Source: Thermoanaerobaculia bacterium (GTDB taxonomy: Bacteria; Acidobacteriota; Thermoanaerobaculia; Multivoradales; Multivoraceae). From it: a stretch of DNA of 64,000 nt. The notes beneath the pieces were generated by a model. That model had not been told where the DNA came from, searched no databases, and saw only the letters and a program-made list of their open reading frames with translations. Numbering within the stretch: the stretch's first letter is position 1; every line of letters starts with the position of its first letter. The DNA lies in NCBI GenBank assembly GCA_963664405.1, contig OY761158.1, positions 6,368,001-6,432,000 of the forward strand. Reading direction: 5' to 3'. Positions 29,595 to 37,420 of the stretch are shown piece by piece. The translations under genes and the position numbers were made by a program.

Positions 29595-32500
29595 ATGAGT
29601 GAAAAACCCGAACATCGACAGCCGAGGAGACTGGCTGACTGGATCAACCCGTCGGGAGAGAGGAAGATTCACTCTCTGATCGACAAGGTGTACAAGCGCA
29701 AGAACCTGGAGATCGCCTGGGAACGCGTCAAGTCCAATCGGGGCGCGGGCGGCATCGACGGCCAGAGCATCGAGGAGTTCTCCGAGGGGCTCTCTGAGCA
29801 CCTCGACAGACTTCACGAGGAGCTGTGTCGTGATGAGTACCGACCGCAACCCGTGAGGCAGAAGCGGATCCCGAAGGCGGGCCAGCCGGGGAAGTACCGC
29901 ACGTTGGGCATCCCCACGGTCTATGACCGTGTCTGCCAGCAAGCGATGCTGAATCGGTTGGAGCCGATCTTCGAGCCGGTATTCGATGCTGCCAGCTTCG
30001 GATACCGTCGAGGGCGATCCCAACACGGGGCTCTGCGCAAGGTTTGGAAGGAGATCCAATCGGGCAAGGAGTGGATCGTGGACGCGGACCTGAGGGATTT
30101 CTTCGGGAGCGTGGACCACGAGAAGCTGTTGACGCTCGTGAGCCAACGGGTTTCCGACGGTCGGGTGCTGAGGGTTTTGCGCTCAGTACTCAAAGCCGGG
30201 AGCTACGGGGAGGGTCGCCTGTTTCCGACCGAGCGTGGGACTCCGCAGGGCGGGGTCGTATCGCCCTTGCTGAGCAACATTCTTCTGACTCCTTTTGATC
30301 AGGAGATGCGACGCAGAGGGTTTCGACTCACGCGGTATGCCGACGACTGTGCGCCACGACGGCGCGAAAGGAGTACTCATGTAATTGGGTGTTCTAGAGC
30401 AGCCTTGCTACACGAGAGATGAGGGTGGGCCCCTCGGAGCCGGCATGCAGGTGCAGGCTTCAAACCGCCACGAGCTGCGCGGGTCAAGAGCCCGGGTGGT
30501 GAGCGTCGCTGGAAAAGGCGGGACAAGATTCCGTCAGGTGTGGATCGAGGAGACGAGCGCAAGCGAACCGTCGATGACCTGTCGAAAGCGTAGGGACGAC
30601 GTCAAAACCGGAGGGAGTCGTTACTCCGGGAGGAGTCTGGGTGTTACCTGCCTACAGCCCAGGCGGCGTCCGGCAGCAAGGCGGCGTGACCTCGATGCAG
30701 GCTCTCGTGTGGAACGTGGGAACCTGTCGTCCCGATGCGAAGGGAGAATTCCAAGTGGTCGACCCATGAGGAAGAGAGTACCGATGCGGGGCACAGGGGC
30801 GGAGTCGCGCGTAGTAGTGAGGAAGGTCCTGTAATGGGGCCGGAGCGAAGGCGCGGCACCAACCAGCCGGGTCCGGAGGCCAACCGGCAACGGGAGGAGT
30901 CTTTGGCGAAGGCAAAGCCCTTTCGCATTCCCAAGCGGTGGGTTTGGGAGGCGTACAAGCGGGTAAAGGCAAACCGAGGCGCGGCAGGCGTGGATGGGCA
31001 GTCGTTGGCAGCTTTCGAGGAGCGTCTGAGAGACAATCTGTACAAGCTGTGGAATCGGCTGTCATCAGGGAGCTACATGCCGCCGCCGGTCAAGCGGGTA
31101 GAGATCCCGAAGCCCGGCGGTGGAACGCGTCCCCTGGGTGTGCCAACCGTGGCGGATCGGATCGCGCAAACGGTCGTGAAGAGGATCCTGGAGGCCGAGG
31201 TGGAGACACACTTCCACCCAGACTCCTACGGGTACCGGCCCGGGAAATCAGCGCTTGGTGCGTTGGGTGTGGCGCGGCAGCGATGCTGGCGCTACGACTG
31301 GGTTTTGGATCTCGATGTCAAAGGTTTTTTCGACGCGATCGATCACGATCTTCTGCTGCGGGCGGTGCGTTACCACACGGATTGCCGTTGGGTGCTGCTC
31401 TACATTGGGCGGTGGCTCCGTGCCCCCGTTCAGTTGAAGGATGGCACTCTTGAGTCTCGGGAGAGGGGGACTCCCCAGGGGTCGGTGGTTTCACCACTGC
31501 TGGCGAACCTCTTCTTGCACTATGCGTTCGACCGGTGGATGGCGCGTCACCACTCGGACATTCCGTTCGAGAGGTTTGCTGACGATGCGATCTGCCATTG
31601 CCGAACGGCGGAGCAAGCGCAGAGACTGAAGCAGGAGCTCGCGGGTCGCTTTGCGGCATGTGGGCTTGAGCTGCATCCGCGCAAGACGAAGATCGTCTAC
31701 TGCAAGGATGACGACCGACGGGGGACGTACGAGAACGAGAAGTTTGACTTCTTGGGCTACACGTTTCGTGCTCGGCGATCGAAGAATCGCTGGGGTAAGT
31801 ACTTCGTCAACTTCAGTCCCGGCGTGAGCAACGCGGCGGGTAAAGCGATGCGTCAGACCATTCGGGGCTGGCGTCTCGACTGTCGGATCGACAAGCAAGT
31901 GGACGACCTGGCTCGGATGTTCAATCCGATCGTCCAGGGCTGGATCAACTACTACGGTCGGTACTACAAGTCGGCGCTCTATCCGTCCCTTTGCCATCTT
32001 GATCGTCATCTGGCTCGCTGGGCGAGGGCGAAATACAAACGTCTGCGGAGACATCGAAGGAGATCGGATCAGTGGGTGCGGAAAGTCCGTGACCGGGATC
32101 CACATCTCTTTGCGCATTGGCGCTTCATGTCGTCTCAGGCGAAGGCTGGATGGTAAGAGCCGGATGAGTGGAGACATTCACGTCCGGTTCTGTGAGGGGG
32201 TGGGGGTGAGATTCCCCCGCCCTACTCGACGGGTCCTCACTTCTTCGACCGTGGCTGAGGCTCGTAGAGCCTTGGCTGTGGCGACGAGGATCTTGGAGCG
32301 GCTCGGTGTCTCCATCAATCCGCAGAAGACGCGGATCGTGCACGTGAAGCATGGTTTCGAGTTTCTCGGGTACAAGATCAAGCTCGGAAAGCAGCTTCGG
32401 CTGCCGCGGGCGAAGATCCGCAGCGGTGCCCTTTCGGGCGCCCTGTATGCCTACCCGACTCAGAAGTCGATCCAGCACTTCAAGCAGCAGATTCGCGGTC

Positions 32501-32784
32501 GGACGCGGCGGAAGGCACCGGTTACCACCGAGCAGCTGATCGAACAGCTGAATCCGGTCCTGCGTGGATGGGGGCACTACTACAAACGTGCCCACGTCCG
32601 ACGGCTCTTTCACCAGCTCGACCCATGGGTGGTGCGGCGCCTCTGGTCGCACCGTCACAAGCGCTGGCGCTGTAAAGGGTGGGACAGCCTGCCCAAGGCC
32701 ACGCTGTACGGCGAGATGGGCTTGGTGAACCTTGTCGGTCTGATTCCTTCCATCGATTCTTCCCCCAAGGGGGCGTCTTCGTGA
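29595..32784 (+). CDS. ltrA: Intron 2 reverse transcriptase/maturase, split: join(29595..30348,32231..32784), 435 aa
   Basis: RT0-7 motifs (LGIPTVYDR, DADLRDFF, GTPQGG..SPLL.N); splicing restores YADD-W-VLT, then F.FLGY and domain X (LNPVLRGWGHYY); 1308 nt in frame. Confidence 0.9.
30349..32230 (+). ncRNA. Group II intron 3 (class D/RmInt1-like), inserted right after the YADD codons of the intron 2 RT
   Basis: 5' GTGCGCC; EBS2 CGGCAT (30441) and EBS1 AGTCGT (30616) complement exon ATGCCG-ACGACT; domain V GAGCCGGATGAGTGGAGACATTCACGTCCGGTTC; 3' CCTACTCGAC. Confidence 0.92.
30903..32156 (+). CDS. ltrA: Intron 3 reverse transcriptase/maturase (no endonuclease domain)
   Basis: TTG start after GGAGGAG; NLYKLWNRLSSGSY.PPPV, GTPQG..SPLLAN, RFADD, FDFLGY, GWINYYG; ends at LFAHW. 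Confidence 0.93.
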   Translation: MAKAKPFRIPKRWVWEAYKRVKANRGAAGVDGQSLAAFEERLRDNLYKLWNRLSSGSYMPPPVKRVEIPKPGGGTRPLGVPTVADRIAQTVVKRILEAEVETHFHPDSYGYRPGKSALGALGVARQRCWRYDWVLDLDVKGFFDAIDHDLLLRAVRYHTDCRWVLLYIGRWLRAPVQLKDGTLESRERGTPQGSVVSPLLANLFLHYAFDRWMARHHSDIPFERFADDAICHCRTAEQAQRLKQELAGRFAACGLELHPRKTKIVYCKDDDRRGTYENEKFDFLGYTFRARRSKNRWGKYFVNFSPGVSNAAGKAMRQTIRGWRLDCRIDKQVDDLARMFNPIVQGWINYYGRYYKSALYPSLCHLDRHLARWARAKYKRLRRHRRRSDQWVRKVRDRDPHLFAHWRFMSSQAKAGW

Positions 32785-33261
32785 AAGCCGGATGCGGGAA
32801 ATCTGCACGTCCGGTTTGAGCGGCGGACGGAGGCCAGCCTGCGGGTAACCGCGGGCGCCTCCTCCGACCCGACACTGACGAAGCCGGGTAACTCCGGTGG
32901 AGGGAAGGAGCCCTAGTTCTGGTGCGCTTTGGAAGGAGAAGGAGACCGGGATTGACGCAAGTCTAGGAACCCGAATGAGTCAAACGACTCCGGAAGAAGC
33001 TCTGTGACAAGACCAAGCGAGAGGACGGTACAAGCTCCGATCGCAAGGAGCCGCCCGGCTAGATCGGGTCGAGGGGATCGACTCGCGAATGCCTTGTCGT
33101 GAAGCCAGTCCGGGAGCCGTGTGCGGGAAAACCGCAAGCACGGTTCGATGAGAGGCGGCGGGAAACGGAGCCAAGGACAGGATAGTGAGGCACTCGCAAC
33201 CGAAAGGGCGAGAAAACAGATGGGCCTGACCTACAGCCACCGCGCCCGCCGTCGACTCCAC

Positions 33262-33375
33262 CCTCATTTCAAGGCGTCCTCCCAGGGGATCTTCGTCAAA
33301 GGCAAGAACATTCGGGTGCCTGCCGGTACGGAGTACATGCTGTTCACCAGGGACGACTCGGGGGTTCGCATGTAA
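33262..33375 (+). pseudogene. 3' fragment of an unknown gene abutting the intron-split motif
   Basis: ...GIFVKGKNIRVPAGTEYMLF...* reads like a protein C-terminus but has no 5' part. Confidence 0.4.
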
Positions 33376-33430
33376 CCCAGCGAGCGTCGGCGGGCTGTGA
33401 GCTCGGGAGGCAGCCGCCAATGAATCCACC

Positions 33431-33904
33431 TCAGAGGGCCATGGCGAAGAGCCCCGCCGCGGCCAGTGACGCGGCGGTCCTGACGGTATTCCAGAGAGTC
33501 CAACGCGAGAGGTAGTGGTCCCACAACGCCTCTGCACCCGAGCTGTCTGGCTCGGCAGATGCCAGCCGATTGTTCAGAGGCACGTTGAACGCTACCGTCA
33601 CCAGAAGGCACCCGAGCAAATAGAGGGCACACCCAGCGAGCAAGTACGCCCGGTGCGTCCCGGTAGTGCTCCCCAAAGCGAGAAAGGCGACTGGGAGGCA
33701 CGCCGCCCCCGTCCCAAAAAAGGCGAGGACGAACCACGGGTTGAGTACCGTGACGTTGATGGCCTTCATGGCGGCGATTCCCTCACTCTTCGGCAACTGG
33801 CCGAGGGCTCGCATGATGAATGTCGAGAAGGCGAAGAAGATTCCGGCCACTAGGCCGGAGCCCAGCACCGCGGCGAAGATCAGCAGGTCTAAGAGATGAT
33901 TCAT
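33431..33904 (-). CDS. DUF1772 / anthrone oxygenase family membrane protein
   Basis: GLVAGIFFAFSTFIM.AL, AMKAIN, NVPLNN.L and W..WNTVRT; ATGA overlap with the upstream gene. Confidence 0.88.
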   Translation of the reverse strand: MNHLLDLLIFAAVLGSGLVAGIFFAFSTFIMRALGQLPKSEGIAAMKAINVTVLNPWFVLAFFGTGAACLPVAFLALGSTTGTHRAYLLAGCALYLLGCLLVTVAFNVPLNNRLASAEPDSSGAEALWDHYLSRWTLWNTVRTAASLAAAGLFAMAL

Positions 33905-34923
33905 CCTTGGCGCTCCCAGATGCCGGTCGCGGCGGTCTGAAGAGCGTAGTCGGTGAAGTCGCGAGGCTCTCTTCCCAGTGCTCGACGCACGCCGTCTCCC
34001 AAGTGAGCGTTTCGACCGTCGAGGACGGTGGCGAAGAGGTAATTCAACAGCCACGCGATGTCCTCCGGTAGGCCCCCCTCAGCCACCCCGGCCGCGAAGG
34101 CTTCGGGCGGGATCTGCTCGTAGCGGATCTCACGTCCGGTCGCCCGGGCGATCTCGCCCACTGCTTCAGCGAAGGTGAGGAGTCGGGGCCCGGTGAGCTC
34201 GTAGATCTGGCCGCCGTGGCCGTCTTCGGTCAGCGCGGCAACTGCGACATCGGCGATGTCGTCCACGTCGACGAACGGCTCCCCGACTTCGCCCGCTGGA
34301 AGCGCGATCTCTCCGCCCAGCACCATGTCGAGAAATTCCCCTTCTGAGAAGTTCTGGGAGAACCAGCTGCAGCGAACGACGGTCCATTCGATGTCCGCAC
34401 GTTGGATGATGAGCTCGCACTCCTGCGCCTCCTCCTCTCCGCGACCGGACAGGAGAACCAAGCGCCGCACTCCCTGCCTCACGGCTCGCTCGACGAAGGC
34501 GCGGATGGCGTCCGTCGCCCCCGGGATGGCGAGGTCGGGGGCATAGCTGATGTACGCCGCGGTAACGCTATCGAGCACGGCGCCCCAATTGCTCTGATCG
34601 CCCCAGTCGAAGGGCGGATCGGACTGCCGCGACCCCTTCCGCACTGGGTGGCCTTTCTCTGCGAGACCTTCGACGATCCGTCGACCGGTTTTGCCGGTGA
34701 CCACCATCGTGTCACCGGAAATGGCGAGGATTCCAAACTTGTCCCCAGCCTCGGTATTGGAGGCCTTGAGATAGATGGCTTGCTCAAAGCTGGAATCAAT
34801 GGTGAGCGGATAATTGGATAAGTCATTAGGCACCTCGCCGGCTTCGACGCCGCCGGGAGCCACTACTCCTACACTAGGGAGGCACAAGAGGGCGAGAGCC
34901 CACAACGGTGTCCTGAAGGGCAA
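33901..34923 (-). CDS. NmrA-like NAD(P)H-binding protein with a foreign N-terminus (probable chimera/pseudogene)
   Basis: TGKTGRR...FDW...LSGRGE...WFSQNF...FVDVDDIADVA core, preceded by a signal peptide and an FG-GAP-like YLKASNT..GD.FG..AISGDT segment. Confidence 0.7.
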   Translation of the reverse strand: MPFRTPLWALALLCLPSVGVVAPGGVEAGEVPNDLSNYPLTIDSSFEQAIYLKASNTEAGDKFGILAISGDTMVVTGKTGRRIVEGLAEKGHPVRKGSRQSDPPFDWGDQSNWGAVLDSVTAAYISYAPDLAIPGATDAIRAFVERAVRQGVRRLVLLSGRGEEEAQECELIIQRADIEWTVVRCSWFSQNFSEGEFLDMVLGGEIALPAGEVGEPFVDVDDIADVAVAALTEDGHGGQIYELTGPRLLTFAEAVGEIARATGREIRYEQIPPEAFAAGVAEGGLPEDIAWLLNYLFATVLDGRNAHLGDGVRRALGREPRDFTDYALQTAATGIWERQG

Positions 34924-35339
34924 GTCTCCTTTCTCAGGTCGCGAGCGACAGGATGTTCAAAGCGGCGGTATCGTGATTCTGACAGAGTTTCCTTTTCTGC
35001 GCGAAGCCGGGCCGCTCAGAGCGGTCACCACTGCCGCAGTCCGTCAGCTTCTGCTCACGTGGCCCGGGCACCGCGAGCCTTGCTCTAGTCGAGGAGCCGC
35101 GATAGCCAATGCAGAGTGTTCATGAACAGCTGCGGGTTGTGGAGCTCCGGATGGCGCTCAGCCCACTCCCGTGGATCTGCGACTATTCCGTGCTCGCTAA
35201 AGATGGCGAGCCGTCCTCTTTCGACTCGTAGCACCCCCCGGTTCTTGGGACTGGACCGATCCCGCGATGAGGACGATAGCCGAGAGCAGAAGAGACCACC
35301 CTTCGCGGGCTCCCGAGAGGATTTCGACCGTGCCTGAGG

Positions 35340-35882
35340 TCAGGCCCACGGCAGACGTCCCTTGCCAGCCAGGTGAGCCAGCACGCCTTCCAGCAACGCT
35401 CGGCCGTCCTTTGCCGGCTCTACACCGACCTCTCGAGCCCACTCTGGCCACGCCCTCAGCTGGGTCGCGTGGTGTCCGGTCTCGGTGTGGACTTGTCGCC
35501 CGAGGACGAGCAGGCGCTGTTGGAGCGCCCTGCCGGCTTTGCCGCTCGCCCGTACCGTTCCCTCGCGCTCGACCCGGCCCAGTAGCGCCTGTTCTTCTTC
35601 CGATAGCCCGTCGCGGCTCGCCTCGAGGGCGGCGGCAAGCAGCGCCGGCCACAACCGCCGGTGAACGAAGGTCGTCTTCCCGGAGACCAGCTTGCAAACC
35701 AGCACATCGGGATGGTCCTCGAGCTCACCAGTGAGCGCGAAGATGCGATGGCTCTCTGGGTGGCCCCACCAAGAGCCCTTTACCGACCCCACAAGCAGCC
35801 CGACGACGCTCGGCAGGGCCTTGTCTTGCTGCAACAGCAGCCCGTACTCTTCGAGGGCCTCCAGCAGGTCGCTAAACTCCAT
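35340..35882 (-). CDS. Conserved hypothetical protein
   Basis: Coding-like ORF with GSWWGHP and KLVSGKTTFVHRRLWP motifs; follows the hydrolase gene. Confidence 0.7.
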   Translation of the reverse strand: MEFSDLLEALEEYGLLLQQDKALPSVVGLLVGSVKGSWWGHPESHRIFALTGELEDHPDVLVCKLVSGKTTFVHRRLWPALLAAALEASRDGLSEEEQALLGRVEREGTVRASGKAGRALQQRLLVLGRQVHTETGHHATQLRAWPEWAREVGVEPAKDGRALLEGVLAHLAGKGRLPWA

Positions 35883-35887
35883 CGCGG

Positions 35888-36769
35888 CTACTTCGTCGAC
35901 ACTGAGGCCAAGAAGCGGCTGAGCTCGGCCTCAAACTCTGCCGGCCGCTCGATCATCAGAAAGTGGCTGACATCGCGCCACATCACCCAGTCGAGCTGCG
36001 GCGCCAGTTTCTCGATTGCGGCTCTGTACTCGTCGTTCCAGGTCGGCTGTTCGACCAGGAGTGCCAGCAACGGTACGCGGATCACTTCGTCACTCCACAT
36101 CGCCGGATCGGCCGTCGCGAGCACCGCATCGACCATCGTCCGTTGCGGTGTGGCAAGAGCCATCTCGGTGATGCCCCGGACGCTCTCTTCCGCAAGGCCG
36201 CCGCCCGCCATCCCCGTGATCATCTGGGTCACGGTGTCCCGGTAGCCCTCTGCGCGCAGCGGCGCGACCATACCTTCGACCGCTTCGACCGTGAACATGT
36301 GCCGCAGTGCGCCATCGACCGCCACCAGCGCCGCCGTTCGCTCAGGATAGGAGCGGTAAAAGCGCACCGCCACCGGCGTGCCGTTGGAGTGACCGACAAT
36401 CACCGCCCGCTCGACCCCGGCGTCGTCCATCACAGTGGCTACGGCGTCGGCGAAGAGGCCCAGGGTGTATTCCTCATCGTCACCGATCTCGTCGCTCTTG
36501 CCGTGACCCGGTAGATCGACGACCAGCACCCTGCCAAGCTCGCTGAGCGCCGGCAGCTGCCGATGCCAGGCCCAGGTCGAGCTCGCCCAGCCGTGAACGA
36601 GAACAAGAGTCGGTTTGTCGCTCTGCGACCTGCCGTAGCTCTCGTAGTAGAGCTTGTGGCCGTCGAGCGTCGTCGTGTGCTCAGAAGCGTGCGTCTCGGC
36701 GGAGATCGGCGATCCGGCCAGGCCGAGCAGGAGCAGCAATGAGGGAATCGTGGGAAGAGGGTCGGTCAC
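35888..36769 (-). CDS. Secreted alpha/beta hydrolase
   Basis: LVHGW, DLPGHGKS, GHSNG nucleophile elbow and C-terminal SHF. Confidence 0.9.
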   Translation of the reverse strand: MTDPLPTIPSLLLLLGLAGSPISAETHASEHTTTLDGHKLYYESYGRSQSDKPTLVLVHGWASSTWAWHRQLPALSELGRVLVVDLPGHGKSDEIGDDEEYTLGLFADAVATVMDDAGVERAVIVGHSNGTPVAVRFYRSYPERTAALVAVDGALRHMFTVEAVEGMVAPLRAEGYRDTVTQMITGMAGGGLAEESVRGITEMALATPQRTMVDAVLATADPAMWSDEVIRVPLLALLVEQPTWNDEYRAAIEKLAPQLDWVMWRDVSHFLMIERPAEFEAELSRFLASVSTK

Positions 36770-36798
36770 GCGACGTGCTCACGAGGGGATTATCGAAC

Positions 36799-36964
36799 CT
36801 AGACCAGCGTTTCCAAAGTTCGCGCACATATCTCGGCCCCTTCTGCCCGCTGCCGGCGTTACGCCTCCTCGACATATTGCCCAATATGCCTGCGTCGGCG
36901 CGCCTGGCCAGCGAACAGAATGAGCTCGAGCTATGCAGCACGAACTTTGGAAACGCTGGTCTAG
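36799..36964. mobile_element. Palindromic MITE/REPIN-like element, terminal type B (copy B1)
   Basis: CTAG-ACCAGCGTTTCCAAAGTTCG ... CGAACTTTGGAAACGCTGGT-CTAG; 166 bp. Confidence 0.88.
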
Positions 36965-37016
36965 TTTGCGCCATGAGCTGAATAGGCGCAACTTCTTGCG
37001 GTCTCCTCCGTTACTT

Positions 37017-37068
37017 CTCTTGACGGTCTACAGGAACGCGTGGTATCACTACTGTAGACCATCAAGAG
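37017..37068 (+). promoter_or_regulatory. Putative sigma70 promoter overlapped by two inverted 17-bp operator boxes upstream of padR
   Basis: TTGACG (37020) - 18 nt - TATCAC (37044); CTCTTGACGGTCTACAG and CTGTAGACCATCAAGAG are 16/17 inverted copies. Confidence 0.6.
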
Positions 37069-37075
37069 GAAGGCC

Positions 37076-37420
37076 ATGGCACACGACCAATCCGAACTTC
37101 TCCAGGGCACGTTGGAGCTCTTGATCCTGAAGACGCTCTCGCTCGAGCCGCTGCACGGCTGGGGGATCAGCTTGCGGATCCGGCAGATGTCGAGAGACGT
37201 GTTCCAGGTGAACCAGGGAAGCCTCTATCCCGCACTCCAGCGGATGACGTCCAAAGGCTGGATCCGCTCCGAGTGGCGGACGACAGAAAACAATAGGCGC
37301 GCGAGGTACTACATGCCGACCCCGGCAGGGGAGCGGGAGCTAGCCCGGGAGCGCTCGCAGTGGGAGCGCTCATCAGCCGCCGTCAACTGGGTCCTCAACT
37401 CGACCGGAAACACCGCATGA
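37076..37420 (+). CDS. PadR family transcriptional regulator (Acidobacterial subfamily)
   Basis: LLQGTLELLILKTL..PLHGWGI, GSLYPAL.R and ENNRRARYY motifs. Confidence 0.93.
   Translation: MAHDQSELLQGTLELLILKTLSLEPLHGWGISLRIRQMSRDVFQVNQGSLYPALQRMTSKGWIRSEWRTTENNRRARYYMPTPAGERELARERSQWERSSAAVNWVLNSTGNTA

Larger units (their letters stand above)
28959..32873 (+). ncRNA. Group II intron 2, inserted in domain III of intron 1
   Basis: 5' GTGCGCCAGGC; domain V AAGCCGGATGCGGGAAATCTGCACGTCCGGTTT at ~32785; 3' CCGACCCGAC; removal rejoins GGAGTCGGAGGGGCTTGTATT|ACTGACGAAGCCGGGTAAC...GGAGGGAAGG. Confidence 0.9.
28014..33261 (+). ncRNA. Group II intron 1 (outer, ORF-less), interrupted by a TIR element and by intron 2
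   Basis: 5' GTGCGACACGAAG; GGGTGAAAGTCCC; EBS1 TGCCAT (28273) pairs with exon GTGGCA; domain V GAGCCGTGTGCGGGAAAACCGCAAGCACGGTTC at ~33114; 3' end GACTCCAC; short domain IV without an RT ORF. Confidence 0.85.

Noticed and set aside
30389-30400. Alternative intron 3 start at GTGTTCTAGAGC (a possible fourth intron)
   Set aside because: EBS1 and EBS2 pair with the sequence before 30349, not before 30389, and there is no extra domain V/VI
29595-32156. Retron, DGR or defence-type RT system
   Set aside because: Both RTs have RT0 and domain X and lie within complete group II ribozyme domains; I saw no TR/VR pair, msr-msd or effector gene
29595-32784. Treating ORFs 29595-30422 and 31999-32784 as two separate RT pseudogenes
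   Set aside because: They join in frame into one RT once intron 3 is removed
36681-36991. Short ORFs over the palindromic elements (also at 18266-18634, 54705-55197, 55821-56207)
   Set aside because: They recur only because the repeat sequence recurs; no coding evidence
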